Source: Mobula hypostoma
Lineage: Eukaryota
Assembly (NCBI RefSeq): GCF_963921235.1
Contig: NC_086097.1
Span: 233,308,001-233,372,000 of the forward strand
Reading direction: 5' to 3'
DNA: 64,000 bases
Shown here: positions 50,041-61,779 of the stretch, piece by piece
Numbering within the stretch: position 1 is the stretch's first letter
Layout: the number at the start of each line of letters is the position of its first letter
The notes under the pieces: model-generated
Told to the model about the DNA's origin: nothing
Seen by the model: only the letters and a program-made list of their open reading frames with translations
Database searches by the model: none
Translations under genes and position numbers: made by a program

Positions 50041-50849
50041 CAAAGTGAGCAGAGAGGGAAGGAGAAGATAGACAAGGACAAAGGAGGACAGAAGAGAGGA
50101 CAGACAGGGAATTGTGACTGGGTGTCAGGTGGGAGGAATTACATGACAGGAGACATAATTTTTTAAGTCAGAGGAGAAGGTTCAGGGACAACTAAATGAA
50201 AAAGAAAATGGGTCTAGAAGAGGTATAAATGGGAATAACAGGATTTTTATTTGAAATTTCTGTATTCAGTACTGGGTATAGAGGCAGTAATGTACCTGGT
50301 TGAACGACCAGCTGCCTTTCCTTGAGCTTACATCAATTGACAGAATCCAACAGCAGAAAATTACAGTGACAGGTATCAAGGACTTGGGTAAACACTAACA
50401 GACAGGCTATGGTTTCAGTCTTTCCTTCTCCCCTCCTTTGATTCTTAAATCTTGTTCCAGCTCCAGTGTTTCCTGCTCTGATGAAAGGCCGTTAATGTGA
50501 AAAGTTTAATTTGTTCTAAACCTCGCAGACTATGAGCATTTCCCACAGATTTAGGCTTTATTCCAGCAAATACAGTATTTTACTTTTCTCTCAAAATTCT
50601 TTGGGAAGCAATACTTACATATCGCACCTAGAAATACAAGATGGAATTGTGTCTTTAAAATCCTAAAGGATTGGAGGAATTTTACTTCACAACAGCCACC
50701 CCTTATAACTGGGCCAAATAGATGGAGGTCTGAAGCCAGAAAATTTGAGTTACTTCTGATAGAAGCAGCAGAGAAATCCTGTCAGCTTTGCTTTGGCCTT
50801 AAAGTCCATTTGGATCAACAGAATTGTCCCTGCTGAGCAACTGTTAAGT

Positions 50850-51362
50850 ATAGAACCGTAGAACTGTAGAACACTACAACACAGAAAACAGTCTGTGCCG
50901 AAACATTATTCCACTGGTCCCATTGACCTGCATCCAGTTCATAACCCTCCAGACCTCTCCCATCCATGTACCTATCCAATTTATCTTAAAACTTAAGAGT
51001 GAGCCTGCATTTACCACGTCAGATGGCAGCTCATTCCACACTCCTATCACTCTCTGAGTGAAGAAGTTCCCCCCAATGTTCCCCCTAAACCTTTCCCCCT
51101 TCACCCTAAAGCCACGTCCTCTTGTATTTATCTCTCCTAATCTAAGTGGAAAGAGCCTACTCGCATTTACTCTGTCTATACCCCTCATAATTTTGTAAAC
51201 CTCTATCAAATCTCCCCTTATTCTTCTATGCTCCAAGGATTAAAGTCCTAACCTGTTCAATCTTTCCCTGTAACTCAACTCCTGAAGACCCGATAACATA
51301 CCAACTCCTATACTCAGTACTTTGATTTATGAATGCCAGGATGCCAAAAGCCTTCTTTACAA
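50850..51362 (-). mobile_element. CR1 3' fragment with internal deletion
   Basis: ORF 50874-51236 (RGDLIEVYKIMRGIDRV); tagaac-repeat tail; deletion near 51300. Confidence 0.88.
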
Positions 51363-51373
51363 ATATTTAAATA

Positions 51374-52581
51374 CACTCAGTGACATTTTGTTAGGTATGC
51401 TGTACACTCTGCTTTCTCTGCACTGTGCTGAGCTGAGGCTGGGGTCTGTTCTGACTGCTCTGGGCTTCATGTCCGAAGATTCAGGTTTGTTCTAAATACT
51501 ATTTGCTTACTTTTATTGTTTGCATAATTTGTTACTTTTTCCTATCTGCACATTGGGTGTTTGACTGTTCTTATTTTATGGGTCCTTTTGAGTTTCTGTG
51601 TTTCTTCGTTTCAGGGAGATAAATCTCAAGGTTGTATAATGTATACATACTTCGATAATAAATGTACTTTGAACTTTGAATACCTGCTCATTAATGAAAA
51701 TATCTAATTAGCCAATCAAGCGGCAGCAACTCAATGCAAGAAAAGCATGCAGACATGGTCAAGAGGTTCAGTTAACAATGACAAATTTACTATTTTAAAG
51801 GTGGGTCTCATCACAGTTGCCAGAATTATATTGCAAAACTGGAAAGAAACTCAGATGTCCCACTGTGAAGGAATGGACTGAGGAAATGAATAAGATTTCA
51901 TCATATGAACACATGTTGAAAAGAATTAACAGTGAGGGAAAAATGCAAGATGCGTGGGATCAGTTTTGGTTGTATGTTAACTTGAACTTAATTTAGAACT
52001 TCTTTCTGTCTCTAAGTTTTATTTGTTTTCCTGTCATGGGATGGCTGTGTAAATATGCTGTACAGTATCTGCTCTGTGATATGCTGTGCTGCTTTGTAAA
52101 ATAAGAATAAATAATAATAAAAATTTGAATTAAAAAAAGAGGTTCAGTTGTTATCCAGACCAAACATCACAATAGGGAAGAAATGTGATCTAAGTGACTT
52201 AGATCTCAGTTGGTGCCAGATGCGGTGATTTGAGTATTTCAGAAAATGCTGAACTACTGGGATTTTCACATAAATCAGTCTCTAGAGTTCACAGAAAATA
52301 GGGCGGGAACAAAGAACATCGAGTGAGCATATGTCTGTAGGCAAAATGCCTTGTTAATGAGAGAGTTCAGAGAAGAATGGATCAACAGTTTCAAGCTGAC
52401 AGGAAGGTGAGAGTAACTCAAATAACCACGCATTGGACCAGTGGTGTGCTGAAGAGCACTTATGAACGAACAACACGCTGAATTTTGAAGTGGATGAGCT
52501 ACAGCAACAGAAGACCATGAACATACTGAGAGACTACTTTTATTAAGTACCTCCTGTATCAAATAAAGTGGCCATAGAGTT
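51374..52581 (+). mobile_element. Tc1-derived element carrying two nested insertions
   Basis: TA-cactcagtgacattttgttaggta...aaataaagtggccatagagt; gggaagaaatgtgatctaagtgactt (GKKCDLSD). Confidence 0.8.
51774..52136 (+). mobile_element. L1/Tx1-type LINE 3' end with A-rich tail and 13-bp TSD
   Basis: ARIILQNWK...PTVKEWTEEM...AWDQFWLY; aataaa and A-tail; aagaggttcagtt at 51761-51773 and 52137-52149. Confidence 0.8.
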
Positions 52582-52624
52582 TATATTTTAAGTTATAGCA
52601 CTTATTTGAAGCTAACTTTAGGTA

Positions 52625-53505
52625 CCTGGATGAGGAAGTGGAGGGATGGGTTAGTAAATTTGCTGATGACACAAAGGTTGGAGTTGCTGTGGATAGTGTG
52701 GAGGACTGTCAGACATTACAGCGGGACATTGATAGGATACAAAACTGGGCTGAGAAGTGGCAGGTGGAGTTCAACCCAGAACTATAGAAAGGGTACAGAG
52801 GAGATTTACAGGGATGTTACCTGGATTGAGGAGCATGTCTTATGAGAATGGGTTGAGACAACTTGGCCTTTTCTCCTTGGTGTGATGGAGGATGAGAAGT
52901 GATCTGATAGAGGTGTATAAGATGATGAAAGACATTGATTGTGTGGATAATCAGAGGCTTTTTCCTGGGCTGAAATGGCTAACATGGGAGGGCACAGCTT
53001 TAAGGTGCTTGGAAGTAGGTACAGAGGAGATGTCAGGGGTAAGTTTTTTTATGTAGATGGTGGTGAATGCGTGGAATGGGCTGCCGGTGATGGTGGTGGA
53101 CGTGGATACGACAGGGTCTTTTAAGAGACTCCTGGACAGATACATGGAGCTTAGAAAAATAGAGGGCTATGAGTAACCCTAAGTAATTTCTAAAGCAAGT
53201 TCAATTTTTCAACTGAGGTTGGGTCAGACTACAAGTAGAGGTCATGGGTTAAGGGTAAAAGGTAAAACATTTAAGGGGAACATGAGGAAAAGCTTCACTC
53301 AGTGGGTCGTGAGAGCGGGGAATAAGCTGCTGGCACACATGGTGCATGCAAGCTCCATTTTAACGTTTAAGAGAAGTTTAAATGGGAACATGGATGGTAG
53401 AATGTGGAGGACTATGGTTCCGGTGCAGGTCAACAGGGGTAGGTAGTTTAAAAGGTTTGGCACAGACTAGATGAGCTGAAGGACCTGTTGTACTTTTCTA
53501 TGACT
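52625..53505 (+). mobile_element. Two adjacent CR1 3' fragments
   Basis: aaatttgctgatgacacaaag (KFADDTK), internal deletion, RGHSFKV-like end; second piece TSRGHGLRVKG. Confidence 0.8.
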
Positions 53506-54589
53506 CCAAGTCTATGCTGCCATTTTCTTTTCTGGTGGCTGTGTTAGTTCTTAGGATTGACAATGAGAACCCAGATCAGAATCAGCTTTATCGCTGACAT
53601 ACGTCATGAATTGCATTAATTTGCAGCAGCAATGCAAAAGGAGAATAGCACCATTGAGAAATATGATGGAAGAAGCTGTTCTTAAAATGTTGTCTTAGAG
53701 AGAAGTCCTGAATTACTATGTAACATTGAAGGTCAGAGTAAACATCAGTGAATTCTGTTATCAAATGGAAAAGTACTCTATACACGTACATATACACACG
53801 GTAAGCAGCATTGAGTTGAAACTTAATGCTTTATGGAGGCAAAGCAACTTTTAATCACGTTCAAACCCAAATTGAAAAATTATTTACCTTTTCCTTTCCT
53901 GTAATCTTGCCCTTACTTTTCCTGACAAATAGATGTATTGATGATGTAGACAGCGCAGTGCTTTCACAAGGTAAAGCAATCTCAGCTCGCTCTGAACATA
54001 ACAACCATGAACAATCCAATTTAATATTTATTACTTGTGTCACAAATAATTTACCAAGTCAATTATCTTCCAGTGCTTAGTGTAATTTGTGATGACAACA
54101 CCAGGCCACAGTCAAGTTCAAAGCAGAGAGAAAAAAAAATTAAATTGTGTTAAATGTCAATAGTCATCCTTTCCTATTTAATGCATGTGACCCTTCACTG
54201 TTAGACACCAATACATAATTTCCAGATTAGGAGCTGAAGTCCTGATTGAGTTCAGTGTCCAGCTGAAAGGAAACATAAATTCCTGAATGTAATTATGTAT
54301 GGCAAAGCTCAGAAAAATATGCGAAGCCATGATCTCAAATATATAGGCTCAGGTTGAGCGAACAGCCCGTAGAGGACAATTGGATATCAGCAGTCCATGT
54401 TGAACTTGTGACACCATGAAGACAAGTCTACAATGGACTGCCAGTCATTTTAATTGAGTCAAGTGGTGGAACATGCTCACACTGAAGGTAGGGCATAAAG
54501 CAATTTACACATGGCCCCTCAGTGTCATGCCTGAGAGAAGGAACAGAGTAATGAATTCAATGGTAAACTGTATACTTTACTTACCCTGA

Positions 54590-55020
54590 CTCACTTTACA
54601 CCGCACGCTGTCGGAACAGTGCTGCCAGGATAATCAAGGACATGACCCACCCAGCCAACACACTTTTTGTCCCTCTTCCCTCCGGGAGAAGGCTCAGGAG
54701 CTTGAAGACTCGTACGGCCAGATTTAGGAACAGCTTCTTTCCAACTGTGATAAGACTGCTGAACAGATCCTGACCCGGATCTGGGCTATACCCTCCAAAT
54801 ATCCGGACCTTCCTCTCGTTTGTTTTTTGCACTTCCCTTCTTTCCATTTTTCTATTTTCTATTTATGATTTATAATTTAAATTTTTAATATTTACTAATT
54901 TTTACTATTTTTGATATTTAATATTTATAATCCAGGAAGTAGGAAGCGCAGAATCAAATATTGCTGTGATTATTGTATGTTCTAGTACCAATTGTTTGGC
55001 GACAATAAACTATAAAGTAT
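54590..55020 (+). mobile_element. Rex/Babar LINE 3' end, sister of 15497-16257
   Basis: ctcactttacaccgcacgctgtcgg...caattgtttggcgacaataaa. Confidence 0.9.
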
Positions 55021-55319
55021 TTGTATATGATATGGTTTAATTAAATGTTAAAAATAAATTTGTTTTTCCTTCTGTTCTGCTTGCATAACTTTAGCATACT
55101 TCATTTGAAAACCCGATCATCTTATCTAAAGTCTCTTCTGGTTACGTAGCCTGTATATCTGGTTAGGATATAAATTGCCAAAATGTTTATATTAAATTAC
55201 AAAAGAAAGGATGTTGAGTCTACTGAGAGCAGTAGAATTGAAGCTGTCAGGTTGCTGGCATTGCTATAGTGATTTGCTAACTGTTATGCTACCGTGCCAT
55301 CTTTCAAATGGTGGACAGA

Positions 55320-55355
55320 GGGCTCATCTGGGATATGAACTCAGGACCTCTCGCA
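55320..55355 (-). pseudogene. tRNA-Pro 3'-half fragment
   Basis: Reverse complement tgcgagaggtcctgagttcatatcccagatgagccc versus vertebrate tRNA-Pro tgcgagaggtcccgggttcaaatcccggacgagccc; most differences are CpG transitions. Confidence 0.7.
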
Positions 55356-55817
55356 TGTTCACCATTTTACCCTCAAAATGATAAGATAATGCTTTGCCTA
55401 TTTTACCTCCTCTTTTGCATATAAGTACCACATTTTATCTACTGTATTAACATCCGCCCTGACACTCATCTATTTCCACACACTATATCAATTACAATTC
55501 ATTTGGGTTAGCTGTGTCCCTATTTGACATAAATTTATCATTACTGTTCTCTTCCTTGTTTGGGGAAAATATTCCTTCTTTATCCAAATACCCAATCTAA
55601 ATGCAAGCAGGCTTTTTCCACAGAGATTGGGTGAGACTAGAACCAGAGGTCAGGAGTGAAGGGTGAAAGGTGAATTAATGGGGACATGAGGGAGAACGTC
55701 TTCACTCAGAGGGTGATGAAAGTGTGGAATGATCTGCCAGCAGATTAAATTTCAACATTTAAGAGAAATTTGGATAAGTACAAGGAAAGGAGGAGTATGG
55801 ATGGCTATGGTCCATGT

Positions 55818-56581
55818 AGAACAAGGTAGAACATACAGGGTTAATGGTAAGGCACTGAGGAGTGCAGTAGAACAGAGGGATCTGGGAATACAGATGCAAA
55901 ATTCCCTAAAAGTGGCGTCACAGGTAGATAGGGTCGTAAAGAGAGCTTTTGGTACATTGGCCTTTATTAATCAAAGTATTGAGTATAAGAGCTGGAATGT
56001 TATGATGAGCTTGTATAAGGCATTGGTGAGGCCAAATCTGGAGTATTGTGTTCAGTTTTGGTCACCAAATTACAGGAAGGATATAAATAAGGTTGAAAGA
56101 GTGCAGAGAAGGTTTACAAGGATGTTGCCAGGACTTGAGAAACTCAGTTACACAGAAAGGTTGAATAGGTTAGGACTTTATTCCCTGGAGTGTAGAAGAA
56201 TTAGGGGAGATTTGATAGAGGTATATAAAATTATGATGGGTATAGATAGAGTGAGTGCAAGCAGGATTTTTCCACTGAGACAAGGGGAAAAAGAAACCAG
56301 AGGACATGGGTTAAGGGTGATGGGGGAAAAGTTTAAAGGGAATATTAGGGGGGGCTTCTTCACACTGAGAGTGGTGGGAGTATGGAATGAGCTGCCAAAT
56401 GAGGTGGTAAATGTGGGTTCTTTTTTAACATTTAAGAATAAATTGGACAGATACATGGATGGGAGGTGTATGGATGGATATGGTCCATGTGCAGGTCAGT
56501 GGGACTAGGCAGAAAATGGTTCGGCACAGCTAAGAAGGGCCAAAAGGCCTGATTCTGTGCTGTATTTTTCTATGGTTTCTA
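55818..56581 (+). mobile_element. Young CR1 3' fragment nested in an older CR1 3' end (55600-55817, resumes 56582)
   Basis: Near-identical to 7745-8461; host reads tatggtccatgta|cagatcgacgggacta. Confidence 0.9.
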
Positions 56582-56946
56582 CAGATCGACGGGACTATGG
56601 AGAGTAATAGTTTGGCTAGGTGGATGTGTTCCTTTGATGTGATGCTCTGTGATTATGACTTGGTTTAAATACCCCTCCAGAAAATCAACCATCTCAAGTT
56701 TTTCCTCAATTTTAACTTGTGCGGTATCTTATTGGTTTGAACAAGCCTTAGTTGAAGCAAGGGCTGTGAGGAAGCAAAGCTTAAAAATCTAAAATTACTA
56801 TTCTGAGCCAAGCCTCAGCAAGTACACGGCACAATGGTTCCAATCATCACGCTACAGAGACCTTACTTCAGATTCAACAGAAGTGTCACACAACAATACA
56901 AATAATATAAAAGAATGGCACATAAAATAAAATTATAATATTTTCA

Positions 56947-58776
56947 ATGTGGTTAAAATCTAATATTCTACACTTTATGAAAAATGTTGGCAGTTCACCT
57001 GAGGACTGGGAGAAATTCAGAGTTCAGCAGAGGAGGACAAAGGGCTTAATTAGGAAGGGGAAAAAAGATTATGAGAAAAAACTGGCGGGGAACATAAAAA
57101 CGGACTGTAAAAGCTTTTATAGATATGTAAAAAGGAAAAGACTGGTAAAGACAAATGTAGGTCCCCTGCAGACAGAAACAGGTGAATTGATTATGGGGAG
57201 CAAGGACATGGCAGACCAATTGAATAATTACTTTGGTTCTGTCTTCACTAAGGAGGACATAAATAATCTTCCAGAAATAGTAAGGGACAGAGGGTCCAGT
57301 GAGATGGAGGAACTGAGTGAAATACATGTTAGTAGGGAAGTGGTGTTAGGTAAATTGAAGGGATTGAAGGCAGATAAATCCCCAGGGCCAGATGGTCTGC
57401 ATCCTAGAGTGCTTAAGGAAGTAGCCCAAGAAATACTGGATGCACTAGTGATAATTTTTCAAAACTCGTTAGATTCTGGACTACTTCCTGAAGATTGGAG
57501 GGTGGCTAATGTAACTCCACTTTTTAAAAAAGGAGGGAGAGAGAAACCGGGGAATTATAGACAGGTTAGCCTAATGTCGGTGGTGGGGAAACTGCTGGAG
57601 TCAGTTATCAAGGATGTGATAACAGCACATTTGGAAAGCGGTGAAATCATCGGACAAAGTCAGCATGGATTTGTGAAAGGAAAATCATGTCTGACGAATC
57701 TCATAGAATTTTTTGAGGATGTAACTAGTAGAGTGGATAGGGGAGAACCAGTGGATGTGGTATATTTGGATTTTCAAAAGGCTTTTGACAAGGTCCCACA
57801 CAGGAGATTAGTGTGCAAACTTAAAACACACGGTATTGGGGGTAAGGTATTGGTGTGGGTGGAGAATTGGTTAGCAGACAGGAAGCAAAGAGTGGGAATA
57901 AACGGGACCTTTTCAGAATGGCAAGCGGTGACTAGTGGGGTACCGCAAGGCTCAGTGCTGGGACCCCAGTTGTTTACAATATATATTAATGACTTGGATG
58001 AGGGAATTAAATGCAGCATCTCCAAGTTTGCGGATGACACGAAGCTGGGTGGCAGTGTTAGCAGTGAGGAGGATGCTAAGAGGATGCAGGGTGACTTGGA
58101 TAGGTTGGATGAGTGGGCAAACTCATGGCAGATGCAATTTAATGTGGATAAATGTGAAGTTATCCACTTTGGTGGCAAAAATAGGAAAACAGATTATTAT
58201 CTGAATGGTGGCCGATTAGGAAAAGGGGAGGTGCAACGAGACCTGGATGTCATTATACACCAGTCATTGAAAGTGGGCATGCAGGTACAGCAGGCGGTGA
58301 AAAAGGCAAATGGTATGTTGGCATTTATAGCGAGAGGATTCGAGTACAGGAGCAGGGAGGTACTACTGCAGTTGTACAAGGCCTTGATTAGACCACACCT
58401 GGAGTATTGTGTGCAGTTTTGGTCCCCTAATCTGAGGAAAGACATCCTTGCCATAGAGGGAGTACAAAGAAGGTTCACCAGATTGATTCCTGGGATGGCA
58501 GGACTTTCATATGAAGAAAGACTGGATGAACTAGGCTTGTACTCGTTGGAATTTAGAAGATTGAGGGGGGATCTGATTGAAACGTATAAGATCCTAGAGG
58601 GATTGGACAGGCTAGATGCAGGGAGATTGTTCCTGATGTTGGGGAAGTCCAGAACGAAGTCGCCCTTGAGGATAAGGGGGAAGCCTTTTAGGACTGAGAT
58701 TAGGAAAAACTTCTTCACACAGAGAGTGGTGAATCGACTGAGATTAGGAAAAACTTCTTCACACAGAGAGTGGTGA
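56947..58776 (+). CDS. CR1 ORF2 reverse transcriptase (no endonuclease; C-terminus frameshifted by a 44-bp duplication)
   Basis: RT motifs (QHGF, YLDFQKAFD, GVPQGSVLGP, FADD) in one frame; the first dozen or so codons appear to come from flanking DNA. Confidence 0.85.
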   Translation: MWLKSNILHFMKNVGSSPEDWEKFRVQQRRTKGLIRKGKKDYEKKLAGNIKTDCKSFYRYVKRKRLVKTNVGPLQTETGELIMGSKDMADQLNNYFGSVFTKEDINNLPEIVRDRGSSEMEELSEIHVSREVVLGKLKGLKADKSPGPDGLHPRVLKEVAQEILDALVIIFQNSLDSGLLPEDWRVANVTPLFKKGGREKPGNYRQVSLMSVVGKLLESVIKDVITAHLESGEIIGQSQHGFVKGKSCLTNLIEFFEDVTSRVDRGEPVDVVYLDFQKAFDKVPHRRLVCKLKTHGIGGKVLVWVENWLADRKQRVGINGTFSEWQAVTSGVPQGSVLGPQLFTIYINDLDEGIKCSISKFADDTKLGGSVSSEEDAKRMQGDLDRLDEWANSWQMQFNVDKCEVIHFGGKNRKTDYYLNGGRLGKGEVQRDLDVIIHQSLKVGMQVQQAVKKANGMLAFIARGFEYRSREVLLQLYKALIRPHLEYCVQFWSPNLRKDILAIEGVQRRFTRLIPGMAGLSYEERLDELGLYSLEFRRLRGDLIETYKILEGLDRLDAGRLFLMLGKSRTKSPLRIRGKPFRTEIRKNFFTQRVVNRLRLGKTSSHREW

Positions 58777-59002
58777 ATCTGTGGAATTCTCTGCCACAGG
58801 AAACAGTTGAGGCCAGTTCATTGGCTATATTTAAGAGGGAGTTAGATATGGCCCTTGTGGCTACGGGGGTCAGGGGGTATGGAGGGAAGGCTGGGGCGGG
58901 TTTCTGAGTTGGATGATCAGCCATGATCATAATAAATGGCGGTGCAGGCTCGAAGGGCGGAATGGCCTACTCCTGCACCTATTTACTATGTTTCTATGTT
59001 TC
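56985..59002 (+). mobile_element. Young CR1 LINE, 5'-truncated, RT open
   Basis: 609-aa ORF; (tttctatg)n tail. Confidence 0.95.
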
Positions 59003-59112
59003 TTTTTGCATGTAATAAAATAAGACAACTGAATTTAACTTAGTTATCGGAAGCATTGACAGAACAGTACTGCGTCGCAAGCTGTGTTGTAGATAAACTA
59101 TTAGTTTATAAT

Positions 59113-59300
59113 AAACAGGAGAAAGTCTGCAGAGGCCGGAAATCCAAAGCAGCACCACGCACAAAATGCTGGAGGAGCTCAGCAGATCATGCAACTTCTA
59201 TGGAAATTAATAAACAGTTGTTGTTTCAGGCTGAGACCCTACTTCAGGACTGAGAAGGAAGGGGGAAGATGCCAGAATAAAAAGATGGGGGAGGGGAGTT
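59113..59300 (-). mobile_element. Penelope terminal-repeat remnant (decayed hammerhead 59215-59252)
   Basis: aaaatgctggaggagctcagcag...gtttcaggctgagaccctacttcaggactg. Confidence 0.75.
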
Positions 59301-61779
59301 GGCTTATAGTACTGATTAGCTCTCTACGTTTATAGGACATTTTTGAAAGACACATTATTTTGGAATTGTTAAAATATACCTGAATATTAAGGAGAAGTAT
59401 CAGTTAAAGTCTTTCAGGATAGTAATTAAGATCTCTTAAGATCTATTAAGATTAAGATCAATTAGGTGTCAACAGCCATTTTGTCAGGAAATATTTAAAA
59501 GCTATGTCATTATTCTATGCAATTAGGGATCCAGATTTTTCTGAATTGAATGCACCTTCTGTTTCCAGTTTTCACAAAACCAGTTTCTTTGCATCTTGAA
59601 ACTGAAGTCGTACTGAAGCCAGCATCATGGCCTGAGCAAAGGTAAACCCTCTAATTAACTAATTGGGTGATGTAGGCAGGCCTAATAACCCCATGTGAAG
59701 CTTTTGAATGAAGGTGCTGACCCTTTATGGACTTTACTCTCTGCCAATGTTTTCAGTGTTTCTGAGTTTCTTTGAAATTCAGAGGTGGAGCAGGGTGGGG
59801 TTGAGCAATTGTTAAAGAATGATATAAATAAAAGCACATCTTTAATGTGGTTTAAAACACAAGAAATACAAAATCAATTAAATGCATACTTAGATTATTA
59901 AGATCAACGAACCATCTACAAAATTGTAGTGAATTGACAATTTACGCCCAGCTTTCTTCCTGAAACCTCCAAAATGACCTTCAAATCAATAAATACATGG
60001 ATCTTGCTTGATCCAATGTGAAATCTCAACAAGCTTTTGCTGTCCAGGGAGCTGGAATTGTGAGAAATCTCCAGCTGAGCATTTCAGCACCTCTGCCCCT
60101 GCATGGATATCCCAAGCAGACCTACAGTTAAACCAAGAAATTCTGGACAGTACTGTGCCAAACCATTCACTATACATAGTGAAATTCAGACAATGGGAAC
60201 TGAAAGTTAAGTCAAGCAGAACTTATTGTTATGGTGAAACTACAGTTACAATAAAAAAAAACGTGATTGCCGTAGCATCACAAACACATGGATTCAGAAA
60301 ACACACAGAATATAAAGTATTCATAAATCATACAAGACAGTGAAGAAAATGACAATGTATATCAAGACAATAGTGTGAAAAAGAAGTTCTGTCAGGGACA
60401 TCAGAATCAAGCTCATTTTCACTGACATACTGTATGGTTTGAACTCTGCTGTCTTGTGGCAGCAGGACAGTACCTTACAAAAAATCTCTAAATTACCATA
60501 AGAAATATATAAAAAGTAATACAAAAAGAGAGCAAATTAGTGAGGCAGTGTTCATGGACCATTCAGACATCTAATGGCGGATAGGAAAATGCGGTCTCAT
60601 AGTACTGCAAGTGTTCTGTAACGTGGATTTACCCCTTAGTAATAATGATCAGACAGGCACAGAGAGAATCTCTATTTACTGACAAGTAACCTTTATTGTC
60701 ACAACTAAAAATCACGTGGGTTCAGAAAATGTGTGCACACCTACTAAGTTTCCCTGACGCTCCTTGAACAGTCAAAGAATAGAAAAGGTAATACCTGAAA
60801 AAGGAGTCTACACTGCCCAGGTGTTTCTTGTGCTCCTAATCCAATCTCCACGTGTCCATGGAGTACTCCACATCCATGATGGTTGGTCTCCAGACAGTTG
60901 TCATTGCCTTGCATTCAAAGCTCCTTACTTTTAACACTTCTATCAGTTGCAACATTTTGTTTCCATCTTGTTGGCTCAAGGTCACCTTAATGACCTGGAG
61001 CACCTTCTTGACTCTGGTCCAAGGCTACAGCAAGTATCGCTCCATAGTCTTTGCCCCCATTCTTGTACCTTCCGTTCTTTTCAACTCTGACTGGTCCTAA
61101 CCAGTCAAACCAGGTGACCCTAACACAGAGCCTAATGAGATTACAGATTGCTCCTCCTGCAAATCTGCCACTTTACATAATAAATAGCTTCTTGCCTGAG
61201 AATGATCTCGGGTTACGTAGGGTTATCATCTGTTCAGATTCTGCTGCTGCTTTAGAGGCTGTAAGAGGGAATAAATCAAAAGCTCATCCTGACATAGTTA
61301 TTGAGATTCTCTTAGTGTTGTTTAGAGTAGGGAAGATGGGTTGTGCAGTTAGATTTTCATGGATACCTGGGCATGGGGTGGAGGGAAATTAAATTGTGCA
61401 TGGCATTGCAAAGTCTTCCTTACAGAGCAGGCAAGTAGAAATTAGAGTTCCCCTAGGCAGAGCAGAATTGAGAAGTAGGATTAAAAAAGTTATACAGAAG
61501 AAGTGGCAGGAGGATTGGAAAAATGAATTATGGGGCAGGCATTATTGTTCTAGTCACCCACTAGTTAAAAAGGTCTCGGACAGTTACCTTTTAAGTCGTA
61601 GAGATATAGTGAAATTAACAAGACATAGGTTGGGACATTATGGGTTAAACTATTATTTAAAGATAATAGGAAAACATCCTACTGGATTATGTGACTGTGG
61701 TAGGCCAAAGACAGTCCAGCATGTTTTGCTGAGCTGTAATTGATACAAAATTGAAAGAAGCATGTTGTTCAAGAGGCTA

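Noticed and set aside
50478..50510. Additional hammerhead (ctgatgaaaggcc...gaaaag)
   Set aside because: Stems are too decayed to pair; at most an old Penelope remnant.
56947..58776. 609-aa ORF as a host gene or domesticated RT
   Set aside because: It is a young 5'-truncated CR1 with tail and a near-identical sister copy; the start comes from flanking DNA.
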